Source of the DNA: Candidatus Latescibacterota bacterium
GTDB taxonomy: Bacteria > Latescibacterota > UBA2968 > GCA-2709665
Assembly: GCA_965222075.1 (NCBI GenBank)
Contig: OZ244937.1
Coordinates: forward strand, 4,192,001-4,256,000
Direction: 5' to 3'
Length of the DNA stretch: 64,000 nt
Positions 38,001-46,482 of the stretch are shown piece by piece. The position numbers and the translations under genes are program-made. Below the pieces are notes generated by a model. That model was not told the origin of the DNA. It saw only the letters and a list, made by a program, of their open reading frames with translations, and did not search any database. Position 1 is the stretch's first letter. Each line of letters starts with the position of its first letter.

Positions 38001-39658
38001 GAGCCGATCCTGAGGGTATCGGTCAGGCCGACCAGAAACTGGGCGGTGTCGGTGAGGGCCACACGGGCGATGCTGAGGACGCCCGCCCCGAGGTTGGAGA
38101 TCCGGAGGTCCTGGGCCTGTGTCTGTCCGATGAAGGTGCGGCTGAAGACAATCTCCTCTGGGATGACGCCAATTACGGGTACGGCTCCGATGCCTCTGAG
38201 GGAGATGGTCAAGATGGGGCGTATGGGATCGTCTGTGGTCAGGGTGAGCCGCCCGTCGGTAAGGCCTTCACCAATCGGGCTAAACGTTACGAGGATCTCT
38301 TCGGTCTGTACCGGTCCGACCTGGATCGGGAAGGTGGTTTCTACGGTAAATTCAGGGTTGTCCGAGACGGCGCTGAGAATAGAGAAGGGAGCATTCCCCC
38401 TGTTTTCCACCCGCAAGGGGAAGGTCAGCAGATCGCCCAGGTTGACCCGCTGAAAATCGAGCTGGGAGGCGCGTAGCCTCAGGATGGGCGTTCTAAAGAA
38501 AGGGTCAATCAGGAGGCGGATGCGGTCGTTGCCGACGTCTATGATGAGCAGGTTGCCGTCCGGGTCTAAGGCCAGGCGGATGGGCTGGTTGAAGACCGCT
38601 TCCAGGGCCAGACCGCCGTCGCCTCCAGGGCCCACCCCGCCGGTGCCTGCCAGGGTAAGGATCTCTCCTGTGGCGGCATCCACAAACCGGATGCGATGGT
38701 TAGACGCATCGGCGATGTAGAGGTTGCCATCGGCGTCTACGGTTACACCTGTGGGGGTATTAAGCTGTGCGTCCGTGGCCGGGCCCGCATCGCCACCATA
38801 GCCTCCATCGCCGAAGATGTTGGCAGGCCCCCGACCGGCGACGGTGGTGATGATGCCGGTTTGGGCATCCACTTTCCGGATGCGGTGGCTGTTAAAATCG
38901 GCGATGTAGAGGTTTCCGGATGCGTCTAAGGCGATGCCTTCGGTGGTCAGTCCGGCGTCTGTGGCCGGTCCCCCGTCTCCCGAAAAGCCGGGGCTCCCGT
39001 TTCCGGCCACGGTTTCGATGGTCCCCGAGGCCAGGTTGATCCGCCGCACCCGATGGTTGCCCCTTGTTGCGCCCGACAGGATGCCGTCGGAGATGTAGAG
39101 GGCAGCATCACCATCGGCCAGGATGTCTACGATTTCGTTGAAGGTGGCCGCTGTGGCCGGTCCCCCGTCCCCTCCAAAGTCGCGGTCGCCCGTGCCGGCG
39201 ATGGTTGTGATGGCGCCTGTGCCGGCGTCTACACGCCGGATGCGACCGTTGCCCGAATCGGCGATGTAGAGGTTTCCGGATGCGTCTAAGGCAACCCCCT
39301 GCGGCCTGTTGAGCTGTGCGTCTGTGGCCGGGCCGCCATCTCCAGAGAACCCGGATGTGCCGGTTCCTGCAACTGTGGTTGCCGTGTCTGTAACGGCATC
39401 TATTCGCAGGATGCGACCGTTGCCCGAATCGGCAATGTAGAGGTTGCCCCGGGCGTCTGTGGCCACGGATAGTGGAATGTTCATTTTCAACTCGACGGCA
39501 GGGATTCCCGCCTCTGTCTGCTGGCCTCCTCCTGCAATTGTTACCAGGGTGCCCGGCTCTTGTGCCAGCGCAGTCCCAGGCCAGAATCCCAGGGCGAGCA
39601 CCGCGTATCCGAGCCACCGTAACGGCAAACGGCAAACGCTCCCCCCCCGAAACGTCAC
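35012..39658 (-). CDS. Large secreted multidomain surface protein: NHL repeats, 2 Ig-like (ASH-type) domains, FG-GAP repeats with ASPIC/UnbV, Big_1-like Ig, NHL repeats, dockerin/EF-hand tail
   Basis: Signal peptide (ALA-Q); repeats GDGGPATDA.LN.P.GVA.D..GNLYIAD..N.RIR; WADYDGDGDLDLYV repeats; GGTSYLSQ...FGVG...VRWP; IVANG Ig segment; twin DFNSDGKVNFADFVLFANAFG tail. Confidence 0.9.
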   Translation of the reverse strand: MTFRGGSVCRLPLRWLGYAVLALGFWPGTALAQEPGTLVTIAGGGQQTEAGIPAVELKMNIPLSVATDARGNLYIADSGNGRILRIDAVTDTATTVAGTGTSGFSGDGGPATDAQLNRPQGVALDASGNLYIADSGNGRIRRVDAGTGAITTIAGTGDRDFGGDGGPATAATFNEIVDILADGDAALYISDGILSGATRGNHRVRRINLASGTIETVAGNGSPGFSGDGGPATDAGLTTEGIALDASGNLYIADFNSHRIRKVDAQTGIITTVAGRGPANIFGDGGYGGDAGPATDAQLNTPTGVTVDADGNLYIADASNHRIRFVDAATGEILTLAGTGGVGPGGDGGLALEAVFNQPIRLALDPDGNLLIIDVGNDRIRLLIDPFFRTPILRLRASQLDFQRVNLGDLLTFPLRVENRGNAPFSILSAVSDNPEFTVETTFPIQVGPVQTEEILVTFSPIGEGLTDGRLTLTTDDPIRPILTISLRGIGAVPVIGVIPEEIVFSRTFIGQTQAQDLRISNLGAGVLSIARVALTDTAQFLVGLTDTLRIGSGETTPLSVTFRPTRADTQRAVLTLLSNDPVEPAFPIPLQGFARIPKPGGFAEVGDSLGMGDPGDGFGVAWADYDGDDDPDLYVVRSLQPNLLYRNDGTRFTEVGAAVGVDDDGDGNGAAWADYDGDGDLDLYVTNFAQPNRLYQNNGSVFTAVEGETADPGDGYGASWADYDRDGDPDLYVANFGPNRFFQNEGGRFVETADDLGLADSSSSIQAVWNDFDNDGDPDLFLANRGPNRFFQNEEGRFTDATDQVGLAEDGPSSGAAWGDVDNDGDLDLYIAYFGEGNRLYLNEEGRFRDAARQLDVTGPADGRSRGAVWGDIDNDGDLDLYATNSGQPNLLFRNDGAQFTEVAGDLGVNVEADSRGVALADFDSDGGIDLYVAIQEGADRLYRNQEANGNWLIVRPRATQSSRDAICTRFEILYNNGQRAVREITGGTSYLSQDALTAAFGVGDAEQVDVLTVRWPRGIVQRLLNVPTNSILSITETPPLPPNRILLEVSTPSIVANGQAQTEIQASVVNVQNEVVLVNNVAIIFRIILGDGAFVGSDTVEVQDGRAKIRFRVGRTPGSAVISARAERVTGQIVLDLLAPLGSEQATLRTVAGTDQGFEGDGGPATDALLDHPEAVAVDSAGNIYIADSANQRIRRVDAATGAIQTLIGDGVTASTGNDGPASEARVAKPRGLALLPNGDLLISEQNGHVIRRLIVRTDTMAAFVGRGVPGFGGDGRPGDRANLYLPAGIAADGRGNVWIADQFNHRVRMVDRKGIVTTAAGSFQAGDTGDGGPAGRARLNRPLGVAVDSLGRLFIADTSNHRVRMVDRKGIITTVAGTGMRGFSGDGGPGVLAQLNAPGDVAVDREGHLFIADTRNNRIRMLDLNTGLIQTVAGIGFAGFDQEEGPALQISLNEPSGLSIGPNGAVYIADTRNNRIRELTVVFPRSEPSGNGEEKSADFNSDGKVNFADFVLFANAFGSTDPQFDLDSDGRVGFADFVLFANAFG
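39620..39637. repeat. GGCAAAC heptamer tandem, inside the N-terminal coding region of the surface protein
   Basis: TAACGGCAAACGGCAAAC is the exact reverse complement of 62791-62808. Confidence 0.5.
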
Positions 39659-39661
39659 GTT

Positions 39662-40672
39662 TCACCTCCCTTCAAACAGGTCCCGGCCCTTTACCAGCGC
39701 CTCTATTTTGCGGTCTGCCACGCTGCGCTGGAGCATCCAGAATCCGCAGTCGGGGTGGATGTAGGCGAGACGGTCCGGGCCGAGGTGCGCTGCGGCCGTT
39801 TCGATGTCTCTGGCGATCTCGTCGGGGGTCTCAACCCCGTTGTTTTTGATGTCGATGACGCCCACGCCGATTCTGACCGTTTCGGGCAGGTCTTTCAAGC
39901 AGGCGACCTGTTCGATGCCCCGCCGTTTGAATTCGAGCACCAGATGGTCTGCGCGCAGGGCAAAGAGGAAGGGGACCAGGGCATCCCAGGTGCCCTGCTG
40001 TACGGTCTGGCCGCCGTAGTTGCCAAAGCAGACGTGGACGGCCTTTTCGCCCTGTACGGCGGAAAGCACCCTGTTGATGGCGGCCGCAGCCCATTCGCCT
40101 TCTTCGGGATGGCCCGGGATGTTCGCTTCGTCTACCTGGACCACATCGGCGTCGATATGGGCAACCTGTGTTGCGAGGATCTCGGCGATGGCAGCCGCCA
40201 GGGCGGCCCGGTCTTTGTAGTGCCGGTCCAGTAAGACCTTGCTGAGCATATGGGGACCGGTGAGGGTAAATTTGAGCTTTGACCGGGTGAGGGCACGGGC
40301 CATCCGATAGTCTGTTGGAAGGTTGAGGGTGCCCTCGCCGATGGGCCCTTCGACGACTCCGGCAGGCGCTGCCCGGTAAGACAGACCCGTTTCTTTGTGG
40401 AACGCCGCCAGGGCTTTCCGTCCGAACGTTGTTGTAATGCCTTCCATTTTGCCGACGAAGTAGTCGATCATTCCGTTGGTTTCGGGGTGGTTCACGTCGA
40501 ACCGGTAGAGTTCGCCGTCTGCGGCGACATCGATGCCGGCCTCTTCCTGGATTTTGAGGACGACACGGATCGCATCGACCAGGGCTTGCCGGGTGGGGTA
40601 GACCCTGAGCCAGTCCGGCAGGGGATAGCTGCCTACCACGGTTGTGAGGATGGCGTGTTCTTTTCCTGCCAT
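39662..40672 (-). CDS. Cobalamin-independent methionine synthase II family (single-domain MetE-like) protein
   Basis: TTVVGSYP, DGELYR, TGPH, QVDE, zinc ligands in HVCFGN, LEF and HPDCG. Confidence 0.85.
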   Translation of the reverse strand: MAGKEHAILTTVVGSYPLPDWLRVYPTRQALVDAIRVVLKIQEEAGIDVAADGELYRFDVNHPETNGMIDYFVGKMEGITTTFGRKALAAFHKETGLSYRAAPAGVVEGPIGEGTLNLPTDYRMARALTRSKLKFTLTGPHMLSKVLLDRHYKDRAALAAAIAEILATQVAHIDADVVQVDEANIPGHPEEGEWAAAAINRVLSAVQGEKAVHVCFGNYGGQTVQQGTWDALVPFLFALRADHLVLEFKRRGIEQVACLKDLPETVRIGVGVIDIKNNGVETPDEIARDIETAAAHLGPDRLAYIHPDCGFWMLQRSVADRKIEALVKGRDLFEGR

Positions 40673-40737
40673 TGTCGGCCTTGCTGAAGGGTGTGGGGTA
40701 GGCCTAAAAGGTAAAAGGGCGGACACAAGGTTCGTCT

Positions 40738-41928
40738 CTACCGTTTCAACCTCAGGTCGCGCAGGATGGCGTCCAGTTTGTCCCGATTCTCTCCTTCAAG
40801 CCCCCCCAGGGCTTCGAAGAGAAAGGCCAGCAGGACGCTGATTGCCAGGCTGAGGCCGCCGGCGATGGCGACCATCACCGTTCTGCGCGGGCGGCTGCGG
40901 GTATCGGGGGGCACGGCTTTGTCAAGAACAGTGACGAGGGGCGTCCTTTTTCCTTCTTCGAACCTGGCCTGCTCGTATTCCTGGAAGACAAACTTGTAGA
41001 TCGCATTCTGGATCTCCACATCCCGCAACAGCGAGAGGGCCTCCAGGCCCAGTTTCGGAACCTTCCGGAAGGGGATGAAGACCTCGGGGAACTCGCCATC
41101 GAGCACCAGGTCGCCTCCTCCGGGCTGGGGCTGGCCCATCAGGATACGGTCTAAGGCCTCCCGGGCGCCTTCGATTTTAAGGTCGAGCTGTTTTAACTTG
41201 GTGTGACCCGGCACCATCAGTTTTGCGGCGATGTCCCGTTCGATGACCATCTCTCCAAAGATGGTGAACAGCTTGGAGGCGCTTTCGATCTGGGCCTTGG
41301 CCTGGGTCTCCAGGTCGATGGCCATGTGCTCCTGCTGGAATCGGTTGTAGGCCTGTTCGGCTTCGAGCATGTCCTGTTCCGCCATTGCAAGACGTTTTTC
41401 CAGGTAGACCCGAAGGCTTTCCGACTGTTCCTTTCTCCGTTCCTGAAGCGCACGGTCGAGTTCCTCTACAAAGGCGTTTGTGATTTCGGCCGCGAGTTCG
41501 GGGGTTTCGGCTTCGTAGGATACCCTGAGGAACTGTTCGCGGGTGAGTTCCACCCCCCGTCTTTTGGCCACCATGTCGTAGAGCTCTTCCCGGGTTTCGG
41601 GTTCGTAGCGTTCCTTCAGATTGAACCGCCAAATGATGGCCCCGGCCACCCGTTCGCTCTTGAGGATCGGCACGAAATCGGTGGCCGAAACCGTCCCCTC
41701 GCCCATCCCCAGCAGCCCCATCGGAAGGTTGCCCAGGAGGGCGGAAAGGCCGAACATCTCCTGGCTCTCCTTGGGGGGGTAGACCACGGCCTGCGCCCGA
41801 TAGGCTTTGGGCAGGATCAGGCTGATGCCAGCGGTGATCAGGCATACGGTGAATACGGAGGTGAAGACCATTCGGCGCCAGCGCACGATCACAGCGAGAT
41901 GATCCAAGATGTTTTTCTCGCGTTCCAT
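40738..41928 (-). CDS. Wzz/GumC-type polysaccharide chain-length regulator
   Basis: N- and C-terminal TM helices, PKAYRA, coiled coil, VLDKAVPP...RPRR. TGATG coupling to the upstream gene. Confidence 0.85.
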   Translation of the reverse strand: MEREKNILDHLAVIVRWRRMVFTSVFTVCLITAGISLILPKAYRAQAVVYPPKESQEMFGLSALLGNLPMGLLGMGEGTVSATDFVPILKSERVAGAIIWRFNLKERYEPETREELYDMVAKRRGVELTREQFLRVSYEAETPELAAEITNAFVEELDRALQERRKEQSESLRVYLEKRLAMAEQDMLEAEQAYNRFQQEHMAIDLETQAKAQIESASKLFTIFGEMVIERDIAAKLMVPGHTKLKQLDLKIEGAREALDRILMGQPQPGGGDLVLDGEFPEVFIPFRKVPKLGLEALSLLRDVEIQNAIYKFVFQEYEQARFEEGKRTPLVTVLDKAVPPDTRSRPRRTVMVAIAGGLSLAISVLLAFLFEALGGLEGENRDKLDAILRDLRLKR

Positions 41929-43670
41929 CAGCGTCTCGTATTCTGAATGATGAGGATGAGCGTGGCGATCTGTGTGGCCACCATCAGCGTCTCTCGAAAG
42001 ATCCGCCAACCCTGCCCCGGGATTTTGTCAGGGACAAAGATCGCATCTCCGGGGGCGATCTGGTTCACCTTTGAAGCCTTCACCCGGTTGAGGGTGCTGC
42101 CCTTGATGACGATAACACCTCTCCTTTTGGCACGATCGCTGAACCCCCCGGCCCGATCGATATAGTCGTTGATGGTATACGTCGAGTCGTACGGGATAGC
42201 GGCGGGCGCAAGCACGGAGCCGTTAACCAGCACGGAGGGCGTAAAGCGGGGTATGCGGATGATGTCGCCCCCTTTCAGGCGGATGTTGTGCTCATTCTTT
42301 CCGCGTTCGAAGAGGGAGGTGAAATCGACCGGCAGGCGGCCCGGCACCTGCTGCGTCTTCATGGTCAGTAAGGCCTGTTCTTCATCTGTAAGCTGCGTCC
42401 TGGGCAGGCTTAACAGCCGGTTCAATACCACGTCCTCTTCGTCGTTGTGCCCATAGTCAATCTGTCGAACGACCGAGGCCTGCGCCAGGGAGGCCGAAGG
42501 CGTAAATCCACCGGCACGGTGGATCAGTTCTTTCAGCCTGAGCCCGTCTTCAATCGGGTAGGCGCCGGGGAAGCGAACTTCGCCTTCCAGGGTGACCCGT
42601 TGTTCCCTTCCCTCCACATAGAGCTTATCTCCTGTCTGCAGCTGGAAGTTTGCCGTCGAGTCGTCGGCCAGGGCTCCGGCCAGGTCGATCTGAATGCGCT
42701 TTTCTGGCTTTCCATCTTTTGGGAGGCGAAGGAGTTCGGCGGTTGCGGTTTTGAGGTTTCCCGCAAGGCCGCTGGCCAGCCGAACGAGGTCTGTGACGCG
42801 ATCGCCGGGGGCGTATTCGTAATTCCCCGGGCGCTGCACCGCTCCTGATACGCTGATGGAGTCTCCGCGTGCGGGGACCAGGATTTGATCGCCGTCTAAG
42901 AGGAAGGGGTTGTAGTCGATCTCTCCGGTGAGGCGCCAGAGCGCCAGATCGGCCTTCCGGTTGGATTTTTCAACCGTTCCCTCATCCGAGAAGCGCTGTA
43001 CCTGGATGTTGCGGAGGGAGGCCCTGCCCTCCGGTTCGCTCAGCAGCCCACCGGACCTCTTGATCAGTTCCGAGACCTGTTCCACGCCGCGAACATCGTA
43101 GGCGCCTGGGAAGCGGACTTCTCCCACGACGTTGACCGTAAAGGTCCGAAGGAACGTGAGCGTGATGGAGATGTCCAGATGTTGGAAGCTGCTCTGGACG
43201 GTGGCCTGTATCGCAGCCTCGGCCTCTTTGAGGCTCAATCCCGCAACCTGCACGGCGCCCACATAGGGGATGACCAGTTTTCCTGTGGCCCCGACCAGGA
43301 CCTCCTGAACCTCCGGCTCTTCATTCCGGTCGACTACGACTACGAAGACATCGCTGGGGCCGACGATGTAGCGGCCGGGCCGGATCACAGCGTCGTAGGC
43401 GGCCTTGCTGAGGCGCTCGGCTTCGATCTTCGTTTCGATGCCTTTCCGCTCCTCTTCCAGCCCGGAAAAGGCTTCGATATCCGACCGCCTTCGTTTGGGT
43501 TTCTCCTTCTTTTCCCGTTCCGCTTGCCGACGTCGAGGCTGGGCATAAAGCAGGATGGGTTCGAAGGCGAAGACGAAGACGAGCAGGCCGACGATGCACC
43601 GGCAGGCCAGGGTTGTGAGGCGTCCTGCATGCGCGTCGGCCGGATCTGGTTTGCATATTTTTGTGATCAT
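41928..43670 (-). CDS. Polysaccharide export protein with multiple SLBB domains (Wza/KpsD-like)
   Basis: YIVGPSD, G.LVIPYVG.VQVAGLSL, repeated V.GEV..PG.Y and AGG...GD.I.VP units. Confidence 0.88.
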   Translation of the reverse strand: MITKICKPDPADAHAGRLTTLACRCIVGLLVFVFAFEPILLYAQPRRRQAEREKKEKPKRRRSDIEAFSGLEEERKGIETKIEAERLSKAAYDAVIRPGRYIVGPSDVFVVVVDRNEEPEVQEVLVGATGKLVIPYVGAVQVAGLSLKEAEAAIQATVQSSFQHLDISITLTFLRTFTVNVVGEVRFPGAYDVRGVEQVSELIKRSGGLLSEPEGRASLRNIQVQRFSDEGTVEKSNRKADLALWRLTGEIDYNPFLLDGDQILVPARGDSISVSGAVQRPGNYEYAPGDRVTDLVRLASGLAGNLKTATAELLRLPKDGKPEKRIQIDLAGALADDSTANFQLQTGDKLYVEGREQRVTLEGEVRFPGAYPIEDGLRLKELIHRAGGFTPSASLAQASVVRQIDYGHNDEEDVVLNRLLSLPRTQLTDEEQALLTMKTQQVPGRLPVDFTSLFERGKNEHNIRLKGGDIIRIPRFTPSVLVNGSVLAPAAIPYDSTYTINDYIDRAGGFSDRAKRRGVIVIKGSTLNRVKASKVNQIAPGDAIFVPDKIPGQGWRIFRETLMVATQIATLILIIQNTRR

Positions 43671-44566
43671 TCCACCGTTACTCCGTCAGAATCGACTTGA
43701 AGTACACAAGCCTCTGTTTCGATGCCCACTGCGCGCCAGGCCTCGACCATCGCCCCCTTTACCCTTTCCGCGCCGTCTGTTGCAAAGGCCAGCAGCGTGG
43801 GGCCGGCCCCGCTGAGACAGGTTCCCAGCGCGCCCGCCTCCGTAGCGGCCTTTAACACACCCTCGAACCCCGGGATGAGCGGAGCCCGGTAGGGCTGGTG
43901 GAGCCGGTCGATCATGCCGGGCTGCAAGGCGTGGAGGTCTCCACACAAGAGCGCTGCGGTGACCAGGCAGGCGTGGCTGACGTTGAAGATGGCCTCCCGG
44001 TGGGAGACCTCTTTTGGGAGGGCCGCCCGGGCGGCTTCTGTTTTGAGTTCGAAATGCGGAATGGCCACCACGGCCCGGAGTTCGGGGGGGGGGAAGGCCC
44101 GGATGCAGGTGACATGCCCGTTTGAGAGGGAGGAGATGGTGAGTCCGCCCCGCAAGCAGGCCGATACGTTGTCCGGATGCCCTTCCAGTTCTGCGGCCAG
44201 GTCGAGACGTTCGGATTCCGACAGGGGTTCTCCAAAGAGGTGGTTGGCCGCGGTAATTCCCGCGACGATCGCTGTGGAACTGCTTCCCAGGCCACGGGCC
44301 AGGGGAATTTGATTGCGCATTTCCACCTCCAGCCCCGGCAGGGGGCTGCCGATCCGCTGCGCAGCGGCAGCAGCGGCCCGGAAGAAGAGGTTGGTCTCGT
44401 CTTCGGGCAGGAGGCCCGCGCCCATCCCCTGTACAGCGATCCGTATCCCGGCTGCTGACGTGGTGCGGACCGCGAGACGGTTGTAAAGGGTCAGGGCCAG
44501 CCCTAAGGTGTCGAACCCGGGGCCCAGGTTGGACGTCGATCCGGGCACCCGCAATCGGATCTCCAT
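43667..44566 (-). CDS. thrB: Homoserine kinase
   Basis: VPGSTSNLGPGFD, IPLARGLGSS, EGHPDN, DRLHQPYR, LSGAGPT. Confidence 0.96.
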   Translation of the reverse strand: MEIRLRVPGSTSNLGPGFDTLGLALTLYNRLAVRTTSAAGIRIAVQGMGAGLLPEDETNLFFRAAAAAAQRIGSPLPGLEVEMRNQIPLARGLGSSSTAIVAGITAANHLFGEPLSESERLDLAAELEGHPDNVSACLRGGLTISSLSNGHVTCIRAFPPPELRAVVAIPHFELKTEAARAALPKEVSHREAIFNVSHACLVTAALLCGDLHALQPGMIDRLHQPYRAPLIPGFEGVLKAATEAGALGTCLSGAGPTLLAFATDGAERVKGAMVEAWRAVGIETEACVLQVDSDGVTVE

Positions 44567-45682
44567 CTAAATCCCCTTTACAAGCTCCGCACAGACCAGA
44601 TCGGCCAGTAAAAGGCCGCGGCGGGTGAGGCAGATCCGCTCCCCGGTCCGTTCGAGGAGGCGATGCGACAGCAGGCGGTTGAGGGAGGGGGCCGTCCGGG
44701 CGCCGGCAAGCAGGGTTTCGGGGATGCCCTCCCTCTGGCGCAGCCCCAGCATGACCCGTTCCAGAACCCGGCCCTCACCGCCGATGGCTTCTTCACCTTC
44801 GATTGCGGTTCCGACCGATTCCACCTTTTCTATATACGCCATGAGGTTCCGGATGTTCCAGGAACGGCGGTTGTTTAGAAAGGAGTGGGCCGAGAGTCCG
44901 ATGCCCAGGTAAGGGCGCCCCTTCCAGTAGCCGAGGTTGTGCTGTGAGGCAAAGCCTGGCCGTGCGAGGTTGGAGATTTCGTAGTGGTGGTAGCCGGCCC
45001 CGGTCAGCCGGTCCAGGGCAAGACCGTACATGGCTGCCTGGTCGTCTTCTGCAGGGAGGGGGAGACGGCCCTTCCGAAACCGGCGCCCGAACGCGGTTTC
45101 GGGTTCTACGGTGAGTCCATAGACCGAGAGGTGGTCGGGGAAGAGCGCAACCGAACGGTCCAGGGTGGCCCTCCAGGCGGCCACGGCCTGTTCGGGCGCT
45201 CCGAAGATCAGGTCGATATTGATGTTCCGGAATCCGGCCCGCCGGGCCGTCTGAAAGGCCGCGACGGCGTCGGCTGTGTTGTGCAACCGGCCCAGGGCTT
45301 TCAGGTCAGGGTCGTTCAGGGCCTGCACACCGAGGCTCAGCCGGTTGATGCCAATTTCCCAAAGCGCCCGAAATACCGCGCGATCCCCCGGGTTGGCCTC
45401 GGCGGTAATTTCCGCGTTAGGAACGATATCCGCCTCCAGTCGAATCGCGCTCAGGATGCGGTGCAGGGCTTCCGGCGGGACGGCTGAAGGGGTGCCCCCC
45501 CCAAAGTAGACCGTTTTGAAGATGGGGTGGGCACCCACATGGGGCAAACGGGTGCGGAACTCCCGGATGACGGCTCCGGCGTACCGATCGGCCAGGTGGG
45601 TTTTGCGCACCTCAAATGCGAAGTCGCAGTAGGGACAGGGCGAGTCGCAGAATGGGATGTGGATGTACAGACCGAAGGTCAT
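44567..45682 (-). CDS. hemW: Radical SAM haem chaperone HemW
   Basis: GLYIHIPFCDSPCPYCDF, GGGTPS, YEISN, HNLGYW...YLGIG; sits in the usual lepA-lepB-hemW neighbourhood. Confidence 0.9.
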   Translation of the reverse strand: MTFGLYIHIPFCDSPCPYCDFAFEVRKTHLADRYAGAVIREFRTRLPHVGAHPIFKTVYFGGGTPSAVPPEALHRILSAIRLEADIVPNAEITAEANPGDRAVFRALWEIGINRLSLGVQALNDPDLKALGRLHNTADAVAAFQTARRAGFRNINIDLIFGAPEQAVAAWRATLDRSVALFPDHLSVYGLTVEPETAFGRRFRKGRLPLPAEDDQAAMYGLALDRLTGAGYHHYEISNLARPGFASQHNLGYWKGRPYLGIGLSAHSFLNNRRSWNIRNLMAYIEKVESVGTAIEGEEAIGGEGRVLERVMLGLRQREGIPETLLAGARTAPSLNRLLSHRLLERTGERICLTRRGLLLADLVCAELVKGI

Positions 45683-45714
45683 AGGGATCAGGTTCCAGGT
45701 AGGAGCGAGGTGAT

Positions 45715-46473
45715 CTACTTTACAAGGGTGCCGATTCTGCTCCATCGGACGCGCTGAGGGAAGTGGAGCAGGTTGTAGAGTAGGATTTTCGGGAGCGAGA
45801 GAAGGCCTGTATATTCGGGCACACCGGCATCCGGGGCCCAGGATAAGTAGAGGATGAATGCCTGGCCTTTGATCAGGTTGTAGGATAGGAAGCTCCAGTA
45901 GCGGCTGTCTTCGCTGTTGTCCCGATTGTCCCCCATCATAAAAAAATGGCCTTCGGGCACCACCACGGGTCCAAAGTTGTCACGTCTGCCGTTGGGAGAT
46001 TTCACCGGCAGAATTTTCGGGTCGGTATATTTAGAACGGGTCGGATCGATCGCCCGTTTGCCGTCTACATAGAGGATTTTGTTCTGGATCTCCACCGTCT
46101 GTTTGGGGCCGGCCACACAGCGCTTGATGAAGTCCCGGCTGGTATCAAGGGGGTACTCAAAGATGATGACATCCCCCGGTTGGGGCTCCCGAAGCGCGGG
46201 CAGCCGATAGTCGGTGAAGGGGATCTTGGCGCCGTAGATGAATTTGTTGGCCAGGAGGAAGTCTCCCACCAAGAGCGTGTCTTCCATCGATGCGGAGGGG
46301 ATGCGAAAGGCCTGCACCACAAAGGTCCGGATGAGGAGGGCCAGCCCTACGGCCACCAGGATGACTTCGACGTATTCTCTGGCCACGGACTTTTTCCTCT
46401 TTTTCGATGCCCTCCGCCCCTTTTCAGGCCGGGGTCTTCGCCGGGATTTTTTCCGCGCTGCTGTTTTGCTCAT
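45715..46473 (-). CDS. lepB: Signal peptidase I
   Basis: IPSASMEDTL (Ser), FIKR (Lys), MGDNRDNSEDSRYW. Confidence 0.96.
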   Translation of the reverse strand: MSKTAARKKSRRRPRPEKGRRASKKRKKSVAREYVEVILVAVGLALLIRTFVVQAFRIPSASMEDTLLVGDFLLANKFIYGAKIPFTDYRLPALREPQPGDVIIFEYPLDTSRDFIKRCVAGPKQTVEIQNKILYVDGKRAIDPTRSKYTDPKILPVKSPNGRRDNFGPVVVPEGHFFMMGDNRDNSEDSRYWSFLSYNLIKGQAFILYLSWAPDAGVPEYTGLLSLPKILLYNLLHFPQRVRWSRIGTLVK

Positions 46474-46482
46474 GGTGATTCG

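Noticed and set aside
36959-38476. 505-aa plus-strand ORF with repeated VEVAVVV motifs
   Set aside because: The repeats are the antisense reading of the FG-GAP DxDxDGDxD repeats.
35012-39500. Recurring near-identical 30-36 nt segments as a possible CRISPR array
   Set aside because: They are in-frame NHL, FG-GAP and dockerin protein repeats with irregular spacing; no cas genes.
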